Source: Nemertoderma westbladi
Lineage: Eukaryota; Animalia; Xenacoelomorpha
NCBI GenBank assembly: GCA_032718475.1
Contig: JAUCBJ010004537.1
Coordinates: forward strand, 1 to 64,000
Direction: 5' to 3'
Length of the DNA stretch: 64,000 bases
Shown piece after piece: positions 15,001 to 30,000 of this stretch. The translations under genes and the position numbers were made by a program. A model generated the notes under the pieces. That model made no database searches and was not told the origin of the DNA. It saw only the letters and a list, made by a program, of their open reading frames with translations. Every line of letters begins with the position of its first letter. Position 1 is the first letter of the stretch.

Positions 15001-18000
15001 TACGGAAAAGTGCGTGTAAGGGCAAACAGATTCACAATCACAGGTGAGTGCGGGTAAGGGCAAACAGATACGGAAAAGTGCGTGTAAGGGCAAACAGATT
15101 CACAATCACAGGTGAGTGCGGGTAAGGGCAAACAGATACGGAAAAGTGCGTGTAAGGGCAAACAGATTCACAATCACAGGTGAGTGCGGGTAAGGGCAAA
15201 CAGATACGGAAAAGTGCGTGTAAGGGCAAACAGATTCACAATCGCGGGTGAGTGCGGGTAAGAGCAAACAGATACACAATCACAGGTGAGTGCGGGTAAG
15301 GGCAAACAGATACGCAATCACAGGTGAGAGCGGGTAAGAGCAAACAGATACGGAAAAGTGCGTGTAAGGGCAAACAGATTCACAATCACAGGTGAGTGCG
15401 GGTAAGGGCAAACAGATACGGAAAAGTGCGTGTAAGGGCAAACAGATTCACAATCACAGGTGAGTGCGGGTAAGGGCAAACAGATACGGAAAAGTGCGTG
15501 TAAGGGCAAACAGATTCACAATCACAGGTGAGTGCGGGTAAGGGCAAACAGATACGGAAAAGTGCGTGTAAGGGCAAACAGATTCACAATCACAGGTGAG
15601 TGCGGGTAAGGGCAAACAGATACGGAAAAGTGCGTGTAAGGGCAAACAGATTCACAATCACAGGTGAGAGCGGGTAAGAGCAAACAGATACGGAAAAGTG
15701 CGTGTAAGGGCAAACAGATTCACAATCACAGGTGAGTGCGGGTAAGAGCAAACAGATACACAATCACAGGTGAGTGCGGGTAAGGGCAAACAGATACGCA
15801 ATCACAGGTGAGAGCGGGTAAGAGCAAACAGATACGGAAAAGTGCGTGTAAGGGCAAACAGATTCACAATCACAGGTGAGTGCGGGTAAGGGCAAACAGA
15901 TACACAATCACAGGTGAGTGCGGGTAAGAGCAAACAGATACGGAAAAGTGCGTGTAAGGGCAAACAGATTCACAATCACAGGTGAGTGCGGGTAAGGGCA
16001 AACAGATACGCAATCACAGGTGAGTGCGGGTAAGGGCAAACAGATACGGAAAAGTGCGTGTAAGAGCAAACAGATACACAATCACAGGTGAGTGCGGGTA
16101 AGAGCAAACAGATACGGAAAAGTGCGTGTAAGGGCAAACAGATTCACAATCACAGGTGAGTGCGGGTAAGGGCAAACAGATACGGAAAAGTGCGTGTAAG
16201 GGCAAACAGATTCACAATCACAGGTGAGTGCGGGTAAGGGCAAACAGATACGGAAAAGTGCGTGTAAGAGCAAACAGATACACAATCACAGGTGAGTGCG
16301 GGTAAGAGCAAACAGATACGGAAAAGTGCGTGTAAGGGCAAACAGATTCACAATCACAGGTGAGTGCGGGTAAGAGCAAACAGATACACAATCACAGGTG
16401 AGTGCGGGTAAGAGCAAACAGATACGGAAAAGTGCGTGTAAGGGCAAACAGATTCACAATCACAGGTGAGTGCGGGTAAGGGCAAACAGATACGGAAAAG
16501 TGCGTGTAAGGGCAAACAGATTCACAATCACAGGTGAGTGCGGGTAAGGGCAAACAGATACGGAAAAGTGCGTGTAAGAGCAAACAGATACACAATCACA
16601 GGTGAGTGCGGGTAAGAGCAAACAGATACGGAAAAGTGCGTGTAAGGGCAAACAGATACACAATCACAGGTGAGTGCGGGTAAGAGCAAACAGATACGGA
16701 AAAGTGCGTGTAAGGGCAAACAGATTCACAATCACAGGTGAGTGCGGGTAAGGGCAAACAGATACGGAAAAGTGCGTGTAAGGGCAAACAGATTCACAAT
16801 CACAGGTGAGTGCGGGTAAGGGCAAACAGATACGGAAAAGTGCGTGTAAGAGCAAACAGATACACAATCACAGGTGAGTGCGGGTAAGAGCAAACAGATA
16901 CGGAAAAGTGCGTGTAAGGGCAAACAGATTCACAATCACAGGTGAGTGCGGGTAAGGGCAAACAGATACGGAAAAGTGCGTGTAAGGGCAAACAGATTCA
17001 CAATCACAGGTGAGTGCGGGTAAGGGCAAACAGATACGGAAAAGTGCGTGTAAGAGCAAACAGATACACAATCACAGGTGAGTGCGGGTAAGAGCAAACA
17101 GATACGGAAAAGTGCGTGTAAGGGCAAACAGATTCACAATCACAGGTGAGTGCGGGTAAGGGCAAACAGATACGGAAAAGTGCGTGTAAGGGCAAACAGA
17201 TTCACAATCACAGGTGAGTGCGGGTAAGGGCAAACAGATACGGAAAAGTGCGTGTAAGAGCAAACAGATACACAATCACAGGTGAGTGCGGGTAAGAGCA
17301 AACAGATACGGAAAAGTGCGTGTAAGGGCAAACAGATTCACAATCACAGGTGAGTGCGGGTAAGGGCAAACAGATACGGAAAAGTGCGTGTAAGAGCAAA
17401 CAGATACACAATCACAGGTGAGTGCGGGTAAGAGCAAACAGATACGGAAAAGTGCGTGTAAGGGCAAACAGATTCACAATCACAGGTGAGTGCGGGTAAG
17501 GGCAAACAGATACACAATCACAGGTGAGTGCGGGTAAGAGCAAACAGATACGGAAAAGTGCGTGTAAGGGCAAACAGATACACAATCACAGGTGAGTGCG
17601 GGTAAGAGCAAACAGATACGGAAAAGTGCGTGTAAGGGCAAACAGATACACAATCACAGGTGAGTGCGGGTAAGGGCAAACAGATACACAATCACAGGTG
17701 AGTGCGGGTAAGAGCAAACAGATACGGAAAAGTGCGTGTAAGGGCAAACAGATTCACAATCACAGGTGAGTGCGGGTAAGGGCAAACAGATACGCAATCA
17801 CAGGTGAGTGCGGGTAAGGGCAAACAGATTCACAATCGCGGGTGAGTGCGGGTAAGAGCAAACAGATACACAATCACAGGTGAGTGCGGGTAAGAGCAAA
17901 CAGATACACAATCACAGGTGAGTGCGGGTAAGAGCAAACAGATACGGAATCACAGGTGAGTGCGGGTAAGGGCAAACAGATTCACAATCACAGGTGAGTG

Positions 18001-21000
18001 CGGGTAAGGGCAAACAGATACGGAAAAGTGCGTGTAAGGGCAAACAGATTCACAATCACAGGTGAGTGCGGGTAAGGGCAAACAGATACGGAAAAGTGCG
18101 TGTAAGAGCAAACAGATACACAATCACAGGTGAGTGCGGGTAAGAGCAAACAGATACGGAAAAGTGCGTGTAAGGGCAAACAGATTCACAATCACAGGTG
18201 AGTGCGGGTAAGGGCAAACAGATACGGAAAAGTGCGTGTAAGAGCAAACAGATACACAATCACAGGTGAGTGCGGGTAAGAGCAAACAGATACACAATCA
18301 CAGGTGAGTGCGGGTAAGAGCAAACAGATACACAATCACAGGTGAGTGCGGGTAAGGGCAAACAGATACACAATCACAGGTGAGTGCGGGTAAGAGCAAA
18401 CAGATACGGAAAAGTGCGTGTAAGGGCAAACAGATTCACAATCACAGGTGAGTGCGGGTAAGGGCAAACAGATACGGAAAAGTGCGTGTAAGAGCAAACA
18501 GATACACAATCACAGGTGAGTGCGGGTAAGAGCAAACAGATACGGAAAAGTGCGTGTAAGGGCAAACAGATACGCAATCACAGGTGAGTGCGGGTAAGAG
18601 CAAACAGATACACAATCACAGGTGAGTGCGGGTAAGAGCAAACAGATACGGAAAAGTGCGTGTAAGAGCAAACAGATACACAATCACAGGTGAGTGCGGG
18701 TAAGGGCAAACAGATACGGAAAAGTGCGTGTAAGAGCAAACAGATACACAATCACAGGTGAGTGCGGGTAAGAGCAAACAGATACGGAAAAGTGCGTGTA
18801 AGGGCAAACAGATACGGAAAAGTGCGTGTAAGAGCAAACAGATACACAATCACAGGTGAGTGCGGGTAAGAGCAAACAGATACGGAAAAGTGCGTGTAAG
18901 GGCAAACAGATACGCAATCACAGGTGAGTGCGGGTAAGAGCAAACAGATACACAATCACAGGTGAGTGCGGGTAAGAGCAAACAGATACGGAAAAGTGCG
19001 TGTAAGGGCAAACAGATACGGAAAAGTGCGTGTAAGAGCAAACAGATACACAATCACAGGTGAGTGCGGGTAAGGGCAAACAGATACACAATCACAGGTG
19101 AGTGCGGGTAAGAGCAAACAGATACGGAAAAGTGCGTGTAAGGGCAAACAGATTCACAATCACAGGTGAGTGCGGGTAAGGGCAAACAGATACGGAAAAG
19201 TGCGTGTAAGAGCAAACAGATACACAATCACAGGTGAGTGCGGGTAAGAGCAAACAGATACGGAAAAGTGCGTGTAAGGGCAAACAGATACACAATCACA
19301 GGTGAGTGCGGGTAAGGGCAAACAGATACACAATCACAGGTGAGTGCGGGTAAGAGCAAACAGATACGACAATCACAGGTGAGTGCGGGTAAGAGCAAAC
19401 AGATACGGAAAAGTGCGTGTAAGGGCAAACAGATTCACAATCACAGGTGAGTGCGGGTAAGGGCAAACAGATACGGAAAAGTGCGTGTAAGAGCAAACAG
19501 ATACACAATCACAGGTGAGTGCGGGTAAGAGCAAACAGATACGGAAAAGTGCGTGTAAGGGCAAACAGATTCACAATCACAGGTGAGTGCGGGTAAGGGC
19601 AAACAGATACGGAAAAGTGCGTGTAAGGGCAAACAGATACACAATCACAGGTGAGTGCGGGTAAGGGCAAACAGATACGGAAAAGTGCGTGTAAGGGCAA
19701 ACAGATACACAATCACAGGTGAGTGCGGGTAAGAGCAAACAGATACGGAAAAGTGCGTGTAAGGGCAAACAGATTCACAATCACAGGTGAGTGCGGGTAA
19801 GGGCAAACAGATACGGAAAAGTGCGTGTAAGAGCAAACAGATACACAATCACAGGTGAGTGCGGGTAAGAGCAAACAGATACGGAAAAGTGCGTGTAAGA
19901 GCAAACAGATACACAATCACAGGTGAGTGCGGGTAAGAGCAAACAGATACGGAAAAGTGCGTGTAAGGGCAAACAGATACACAATCACAGGTGAGTGCGG
20001 GTAAGAGCAAACAGATACGGAAAAGTGCGTGTAAGGGCAAACAGATTCACAATCACAGGTGAGTGCGGGTAAGGGCAAACAGATACGGAAAAGTGCGTGT
20101 AAGAGCAAACAGATACACAATCACAGGTGAGTGCGGGTAAGGGCAAACAGATACGCAACACAGTGCGTGTAAGGGCAAACAGATTCACAATCACAGGTGA
20201 GTGCGGGTAAGGGCAAACAGATACGGAAAAGTGCGTGTAAGGGCAAACAGATTCACAATCACAGGTGAGTGCGGGTAAGGGCAAACAGATACACAATCAC
20301 AGGTGAGTGCGGGTAAGGGCAAACAGATACACAATCACAGGTGAGTGCGGGTAAGGGCAAACAGATACACAATCACAGGTGAGTGCGGGTAAGGGCAAAC
20401 AGATACACAATCACAGGTGAGTGCGGGTAAGAGCAAACAGATACGGAAAAGTGCGTGTAAGGGCAAACAGATTCACAATCACAGGTGAGTGCGGGTAAGG
20501 GCAAACAGATACGCAATCACAGGTGAGTGCGGGTAAGGGCAAACAGATTCACAATCACAGGTGAGTGCGGGTAAGAGCAAACAGATACGCAATCACAGGT
20601 GAGTGCGGGTAAGAGCAAACAGATACACAATCACAGGTGAGTGCGGGTAAGAGCAAACAGATACGGAACACAGTGCGTCGTAAGGGCAAACAGATACACA
20701 ATCACAGGTGAGTGCGGGTAAGAGCAAACAGATACGGAAAAGTGCGTGTAAGAGCAAACAGATACACAATCACAGGTGAGTGCGGGTAAGGGCAAACAGA
20801 TTCACAATCACAGGTGAGTGCGGGTAAGGGCAAACAGATACGGAAAAGTGCGTGTAAGGGCAAACAGATTCACAATCACAGGTGAGTGCGGGTAAGAGCA
20901 AACAGATACGGAATCACAGGTGAGTGCGGGTAAGGGCAAACAGATACACAATCACAGGTGAGTGCGGGTAAGAGCAAACAGATACGGAAAAGTGCGTGTA

Positions 21001-24000
21001 AGGGCAAACAGATTCACAATCACAGGTGAGTGCGGGTAAGGGCAAACAGATACGGAAAAGTGCGTGTAAGGGCAAACAGATTCACAATCACAGGTGAGTG
21101 CGGGTAAGGGCAAACAGATACGGAAAAGTGCGTGTAAGGGCAAACAGATTCACAATCACAGGTGAGTGCGGGTAAGGGCAAACAGATACGGAAAAGTGCG
21201 TGTAAGGGCAAACAGATTCACAATCACAGGTGAGTGCGGGTAAGGGCAAACAGATACGGAAAAGTGCGTGTAAGGGCAAACAGATTCACAATCACAGGTG
21301 AGTGCGGGTAAGGGCAAACAGATACGCAATCACAGGTGAGTGCGGGTAAGGGCAAACAGATACACAATCACATGTGAGTGCGGGTAAGGTCAAACAGATA
21401 CACAATCACAGGTGAGTGCGGGTAAGGGCAAACAGATACACAATCACATGTGAGTGCGGGTAAGGGCAAACAGATACACAATCACAGGTGAGTGCGGGTA
21501 AGAGCAAACAGATACGGAATCACAGGTGAGTGCGGGTAAGGGCAAACAGATACACAATCACAGGTGAGTGCGGGTAAGAGCAAACAGATACGGAAAAGTG
21601 CGTGTAAGGGCAAACAGATTCACAATCACAGGTGAGTGCGGGTAAGGGCAAACAGATACGGAAAAGTGCGTGTAAGGGCAAACAGATTCACAATCACAGG
21701 TGAGTGCGGGTAAGGGCAAACAGATACGGAAAAGTGCGTGTAAGGGCAAACAGATTCACAATCACAGGTGAGTGCGGGTAAGGGCAAACAGATACGGAAA
21801 AGTGCGTGTAAGGGCAAACAGATTCACAATCACAGGTGAGTGCGGGTAAGGGCAAACAGATACGCAATCACAGGTGAGTGCGGGTAAGGGCAAACAGATA
21901 CACAATCACATGTGAGTGCGGGTAAGGTCAAACAGATACACAATCACAGGTGAGTGCGGGTAAGGGCAAACAGATACACAATCACATGTGAGTGCGGGTA
22001 AGGGCAAACAGATACACAATCACAGGTGAGTGCGGGTAAGAGCAAACAGATACGGAATCACAGGTGAGTGCGGGTAAGGGCAAACAGATACACAATCACA
22101 GGTGAGTGCGGGTAAGAGCAAACAGATACGGAAAAGTGCGTGTAAGGGCAAACAGATTCACAATCACAGGTGAGTGCGGGTAAGGGCAAACAGATACGGA
22201 AAAGTGCGTGTAAGGGCAAACAGATTCACAATCACAGGTGAGTGCGGGTAAGGGCAAACAGATACGGAAAAGTGCGTGTAAGGGCAAACAGATTCACAAT
22301 CACAGGTGAGTGCGGGTAAGGGCAAACAGATACGGAAAAGTGCGTGTAAGGGCAAACAGATTCACAATCACAGGTGAGTGCGGGTAAGGGCAAACAGATA
22401 CGGAAAAGTGCGTGTAAGGGCAAACAGATTCACAATCACAGGTGAGTGCGGGTAAGGGCAAACAGATACGCAATCACAGGTGAGTGCGGGTAAGGGCAAA
22501 CAGATACACAATCACATGTGAGTGCGGGTAAGGTCAAACAGATACACAATCACAGGTGAGTGCGGGTAAGGGCAAACAGATACACAATCACATGTGAGTG
22601 CGGGTAAGGGCAAACAGATACACAATCACAGGTGAGTGCGGGTAAGAGCAAACAGATACACAATCACAGGTGAGTGCGGGTAAGGGCAAACAGATACGGA
22701 AAAGTGCGTGTAAGGGCAAACAGATTCACAATCACAGGTGAGTGCGGGTAAGGGCAAACAGATACGCAATCACAGGTGAGTGCGGGTAAGAGCAAACAGA
22801 TACGGAAAAGTGCGTGTAAGGGCAAACAGATTCACAATCACAGGTGAGTGCGGGTAAGGGCAAACAGATACGCAATCACAGGTGAGTGCGGGTAAGGGCA
22901 AACAGATAGACAATCACAGGTGAGTGCGGGTAAGAGCAAACAGATACACAATCACATGTGAGTGCGGGTAAGGGCAAACAGATTCACAATCACAGTGAGT
23001 GCGTGTAAGGGCAAACAGATACACAATCACAGGTGAGTGCGGGTAAGGGCAAACAGATACGCAATCACAGGTGAGTGCGGGTAAGGGCAAACAGATACAC
23101 AATCACAGGTGAGTGCGGGTAAGGGCAAACAGATACGCAATCACAGGTGAGTGCGGGTAAGGGCAAACAGATACACAATCACAGGTGAGTGCGGGTAAGG
23201 GCAAACAGATACACAATCACAGGTGAGTGCGGGTAAGGGCAAACAGATACACAATCACAGGTGAGTGCGGGTAAGGGCAAACAGATACGCAATCACAGGT
23301 GAGTGCGGGTAAGGGCAAACAGATACACAATCACAGGTGAGTGCGGGTAAGGGCAAACAGATACACAATCACAGGTGAGTGCGGGTAAGAGCAAACAGAT
23401 ACGGAAAAGTGCGTGTAAGGGCAAACAGATTCACAATCACAGGTGAGTGCGGGTAAGGGCAAACAGATACACAATCACAGGTGAGTGCGGGTAAGAGCAA
23501 ACAGATACGGAATCACAGGTGAGTGCGGGTAAGGGCAAACAGATACACAATCACAGGTGAGTGCGGGTAAGAGCAAACAGATACGGAAAAGTGCGTGTAA
23601 GGGCAAACAGATTCACAATCACAGGTGAGTGCGGGTAAGGGCAAACAGATACGGAACACAGTGCGTCGTAAGGGCAAACAGATTCACAATCACAGGTGAG
23701 TGCGGGTAAGGGCAAACAGATACGGAAAAGTGCGTGTAAGGGCAAACAGATTCACAATCACAGGTGAGTGCGGGTAAGGGCAAACAGATACGGAAAAGTG
23801 CGTGTAAGGGCAAACAGATTCACAATCACAGGTGAGTGCGGGTAAGGGCAAACAGATACGGAAAAGTGCGTGTAAGGGCAAACAGATTCACAATCACAGG
23901 TGAGTGCGGGTAAGGGCAAACAGATACGCAATCACAGGTGAGTGCGGGTAAGGGCAAACAGATACACAATCACATGTGAGTGCGGGTAAGGTCAAACAGA

Positions 24001-27000
24001 TACACAATCACAGGTGAGTGCGGGTAAGGGCAAACAGATACACAATCACAGGTGAGTGCGGGTAAGGGCAAACAGATACACAATCACAGGTGAGTGCGGG
24101 TAAGAGCAAACAGATACGGAATCACAGGTGAGTGCGGGTAAGGGCAAACAGATACACAATCACAGGTGAGTGCGGGTAAGAGCAAACAGATACGGAAAAG
24201 TGCGTGTAAGGGCAAACAGATTCACAATCACAGGTGAGTGCGGGTAAGGGCAAACAGATACGGAAAAGTGCGTGTAAGGGCAAACAGATTCACAATCACA
24301 GGTGAGTGCGGGTAAGGGCAAACAGATACGGAAAAGTGCGTGTAAGGGCAAACAGATTCACAATCACAGGTGAGTGCGGGTAAGGGCAAACAGATACGGA
24401 AAAGTGCGTGTAAGGGCAAACAGATTCACAATCACAGGTGAGTGCGGGTAAGGGCAAACAGATACGCAATCACAGGTGAGTGCGGGTAAGGGCAAACAGA
24501 TACACAATCACAGGTGAGTGCGGGTAAGGTCAAACAGATACACAATCACAGGTGAGTGCGGGTAAGGGCAAACAGATACACAATCACAGGTGAGTGCGGG
24601 TAAGGGCAAACAGATACACAATCACAGGTGAGTGCGGGTAAGAGCAAACAGATACGGAATCACAGGTGAGTGCGGGTAAGGGCAAACAGATACACAATCA
24701 CAGGTGAGTGCGGGTAAGAGCAAACAGATACGGAAAAGTGCGTGTAAGGGCAAACAGATTCACAATCACAGGTGAGTGCGGGTAAGGGCAAACAGATACG
24801 GAAAAGTGCGTGTAAGGGCAAACAGATTCACAATCACAGGTGAGTGCGGGTAAGGGCAAACAGATACGGAAAAGTGCGTGTAAGGGCAAACAGATTCACA
24901 ATCACAGGTGAGTGCGGGTAAGGGCAAACAGATACGGAAAAGTGCGTGTAAGGGCAAACAGATTCACAATCACAGGTGAGTGCGGGTAAGGGCAAACAGA
25001 TACGGAAAAGTGCGTGTAAGGGCAAACAGATTCACAATCACAGGTGAGTGCGGGTAAGGGCAAACAGATACGCAATCACAGGTGAGTGCGGGTAAGGGCA
25101 AACAGATACACAATCACAGGTGAGTGCGGGTAAGGTCAAACAGATACACAATCACAGGTGAGTGCGGGTAAGGGCAAACAGATACACAATCACAGGTGAG
25201 TGCGGGTAAGGGCAAACAGATACACAATCACAGGTGAGTGCGGGTAAGAGCAAACAGATACACAATCACAGGTGAGTGCGGGTAAGGGCAAACAGATACG
25301 GAAAAGTGCGTGTAAGGGCAAACAGATTCACAATCACAGGTGAGTGCGGGTAAGGGCAAACAGATACGCAATCACAGGTGAGTGCGGGTAAGAGCAAACA
25401 GATACGGAAAAGTGCGTGTAAGGGCAAACAGATTCACAATCACAGGTGAGTGCGGGTAAGGGCAAACAGATACGCAATCACAGGTGAGTGCGGGTAAGGG
25501 CAAACAGATACACAATCACAGGTGAGTGCGGGTAAGGGCAAACAGATACACAATCACAGGTGAGTGCGGGTAAGAGCAAACAGATACACAATCACAGGTG
25601 AGTGCGGGTAAGAGCAAACAGATACACAATCACAGGTGAGTGCGGGTAAGGGCAAACAGATACACAATCACAGGTGAGTGCGGGTAAGGGCAAACAGATA
25701 CGCAATCACAGGTGAGTGCGGGTAAGGGCAAACAGATACACAATCACAGGTGAGTGCGGGTAAGGGCAAACAGATACACAATCACAGGTGAGTGCGGGTA
25801 AGAGCAAACAGATACGGAAAAGTGCGTGTAAGGGCAAACAGATTCACAATCACAGGTGAGTGCGGGTAAGGGCAAACAGATACGCAATCACAGGTGAGTG
25901 CGGGTAAGGGCAAACAGATACACAATCACAGGTGAGTGCGGGTAAGGGCAAACAGATACACAATCACAGGTGAGTGCGGGTAAGAGCAAACAGATACGGA
26001 AAAGTGCGTGTAAGGGCAAACAGATTCACAATCACAGGTGAGTGCGGGTAAGAGCAAACAGATACACAATCACAGGTGAGTGCGGGTAAGGGCAAACAGA
26101 TACACAATCACAGGTGAGTGCGGGTAAGAGCAAACAGATACGGAAAAGTGCGTGTAAGGGCAAACAGATTCACAATCACAGGTGAGTGCGGGTAAGAGCA
26201 AACAGATACACAATCACAGGTGAGTGCGGGTAAGGGCAAACAGATTCACAATCACAGGTGAGTGCGGGTAAGGGCAAACAGATACGGAAAAGTGCGTGTA
26301 AGGGCAAACAGATTCACAATCACAGGTGAGTGCGGGTAAGGGCAAACAGATACGCAATCACAGGTGAGTGCGGGTAAGGTCAAACAGATACACAATCACA
26401 GGTGAGTGCGGGTAAGAGCAAACAGATACACAATCACAGGTGAGTGCGGGTAAGGGCAAACAGATACACAATCACAGGTGAGTGCGGGTAAGAGCAAACA
26501 GATACACAATCACAGGTGAGTGCGGGTAAGGGCAAACAGATTCACAATCACAGGTGAGTGCGGGTAAGGGCAAACAGATACGCAATCACAGGTGAGTGCG
26601 GGTAAGGGCAAACAGATACACAATCACAGGTGAGTGCGGGTAAGGTCAAACAGATACACAATCACAGGTGAGTGCGGGTAAGAGCAAACAGATACACAAT
26701 CACAGGTGAGTGCGGGTAAGGGCAAACAGATACACAATCACAGGTGAGTGCGGGTAAGGGCAAACAGATACACAATCACAGGTGAGTGCGGGTAAGAGCA
26801 AACAGATACGGAAAAGTGCGTGTAAGGGCAAACAGATACACAATCACAGGTGAGTGCGGGTAAGGGCAAACAGATACGGAAAAGTGCGTGTAAGGGCAAA
26901 CAGATACGCAATCACAGGTGAGTGCGGGTAAGGGCAAACAGATACGGAAAAGTGCGTGTAAGGGCAAACAGATACGCAATCACAGGTGAGTGCGGGTAAG

Positions 27001-30000
27001 GGCAAACAGATACGGAAAAGTGCGTGTAAGGGCAAACAGATTCACAATCACAGGTGAGAGCGTGTAAGGGCAAACAGATTCACAATCACAGGTGAGTGCG
27101 GGTAAGGGCAAACAGATTCACAATCACAGGTGAGTGCGGGTAAGGGCAAACAGATACGCAATCACAGGTGAGTGCGGGTAAGGGCAAACAGATACACAAT
27201 CACAGGTGAGTGCGGGTAAGGTCAAACAGATACACAATCACAGGTGAGTGCGGGTAAGAGCAAACAGATACACAATCACAGGTGAGTGCGGGTAAGGGCA
27301 AACAGATACACAATCACAGGTGAGTGCGGGTAAGGTCAAACAGATACACAATCACAGGTGAGTGCGGGTAAGAGCAAACAGATACACAATCACAGGTGAG
27401 TGCGGGTAAGGGCAAACAGATACGGAAAAGTGCGTGTAAGGGCAAACAGATACACAATCACAGGTGAGTGCGGGTAAGGGCAAACAGATACACAATCACA
27501 GGTGAGTGCGGGTAAGGGCAAACAGATACACAATCACAGGTGAGTGCGGGTAAGGTCAAACAGATACACAATCACAGGTGAGTGCGGGTAAGAGCAAACA
27601 GATACACAATCACAGGTGAGTGCGGGTAAGGGCAAACAGATACGGAAAAGTGCGTGTAAGGGCAAACAGATTCACAATCACAGGTGAGTGCGGGTAAGGG
27701 CAAACAGATACACAATCACAGGTGAGTGCGGGTAAGGGCAAACAGATACGGAAAAGTGCGTGTAAGGGCAAACAGATTCACAATCACAGGTGAGTGCGGG
27801 TAAGGGCAAACAGATACACAATCACAGGTGAGTGCGGGTAAGGGCAAACAGATACGGAAAAGTGCGTGTAAGGGCAAACAGATTCACAATCACAGGTGAG
27901 TGCGGGTAAGGGCAAACAGATACACAATCACAGGTGAGTGCGGGTAAGAGCAAACAGATACACAATCACAGGTGAGTGCGGGTAAGGGCAAACAGATACA
28001 CAATCACAGGTGAGTGCGGGTAAGGTCAAACAGATACACAATCACAGGTGAGTGCGGGTAAGAGCAAACAGATACACAATCACAGGTGAGTGCGGGTAAG
28101 GGCAAACAGATACGGAAAAGTGCGTGTAAGGGCAAACAGATTCACAATCACAGGTGAGTGCGGGTAAGGGCAAACAGATACACAATCACAGGTGAGTGCG
28201 GGTAAGAGCAAACAGATACGGAAAAGTGCGTGTAAGGGCAAACAGATTCACAATCACAGGTGAGTGCGGGTAAGGGCAAACAGATACACAATCACAGGTG
28301 AGTGCGGGTAAGGGCAAACAGATACACAATCACAGGTGAGTGCGGGTAAGAGCAAACAGATACACAATCACAGGTGAGTGCGGGTAAGGGCAAACAGATA
28401 CACAATCACAGGTGAGTGCGGGTAAGGGCAAACAGATACACAATCACAGGTGAGTGCGGGTAAGAGCAAACAGATACACAATCACAGGTGAGTGCGGGTA
28501 AGGGCAAACAGATACACAATCACAGGTGAGTGCGGGTAAGAGCAAACAGATACGGAAAAGTGCGTGTAAGGGCAAACAGATTCACAATCACAGGTGAGTG
28601 CGGGTAAGGGCAAACAGATTCACAATCACAGGTGAGTGCGGGTAAGGGCAAACAGATACGCAATCACAGGTGAGTGCGGGTAAGAGCAAACAGATACGGA
28701 AAAGTGCGTGTAAGGGCAAACAGATTCACAATCACAGGTGAGTGCGGGTAAGGGCAAACAGATACGGAAAAGTGCGTGTAAGGGCAAACAGATTCACAAT
28801 CACAGGTGAGTGCGGGTAAGGGCAAACAGATACGCAATCACAGGTGAGTGCGGGTAAGGTCAAACAGATACACAATCACAGGTGAGTGCGGGTAAGAGCA
28901 AACAGATACACAATCACAGGTGAGTGCGGGTAAGGGCAAACAGATACACAATCACAGGTGAGTGCGGGTAAGAGCAAACAGATACACAATCACAGGTGAG
29001 TGCGGGTAAGGGCAAACAGATACGCAATCACAGGTGAGTGCGGGTAAGAGCAAACAGATACGGAAAAGTGCGTGTAAGGGCAAACAGATTCACAATCACA
29101 GGTGAGTGCGGGTAAGGGCAAACAGATACGCAATCACAGGTGAGTGCGGGTAAGAGCAAACAGATACACAATCACAGGTGAGTGCGTGTAAGGGCAAACA
29201 GATACGGAAAAGTGCGTGTAAGGGCAAACAGATTCACAATCACAGGTGAGTGCGGGTAAGGGCAAACAGATACGCAATCACAGGTGAGTGCGGGTAAGAG
29301 CAAACAGATACGGAAAAGTGCGTGTAAGGGCAAACAGATTCACAATCACAGGTGAGTGCGGGTAAGGGCAAACAGATACGGAAAAGTGCGTGTAAGGGCA
29401 AACAGATTCACAATCACAGGTGAGTGCGGGTAAGGGCAAACAGATACGCAATCACAGGTGAGTGCGGGTAAGGGCAAACAGATACGCAATCACAGGTGAG
29501 TGCGGGTAAGGGCAAACAGATACGCAATCACAGGTGAGTGCGGGTAAGGTCAAACAGATACACAATCACAGGTGAGTGCGGGTAAGGGCAAACAGATACG
29601 CAATCACAGGTGAGTGCGGGTAAGGGCAAACAGATACGCAATCACAGGTGAGTGCGGGTAAGGGCAAACAGATTCACAATCACAGGTGAGTGCGGGTAAG
29701 GGCAAACAGATACGCAATCACAGGTGAGTGCGGGTAAGGGCAAACAGATACGCAATCACAGGTGAGTGCGGGTAAGGGCAAACAGATACGCAATCACAGG
29801 TGAGTGCGGGTAAGGTCAAACAGATACACAATCACAGGTGAGTGCGGGTAAGAGCAAACAGATACGGAAAAGTGCGTGTAAGGGCAAACAGATTCACAAT
29901 CACAGGTGAGTGCGGGTAAGGGCAAACAGATACGGAAAAGTGCGTGTAAGGGCAAACAGATTCACAATCACAGGTGAGTGCGGGTAAGGGCAAACAGATA

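Noticed and set aside
20150-23670. Odd hybrid monomers (GCAACACAGTGCGTG, GGAACACAGTGCGTCGTAAG) and scattered 1-bp indels
   Set aside because: They look like averages of A and B monomers and may be consensus or polishing errors. They cannot be interpreted without reads.
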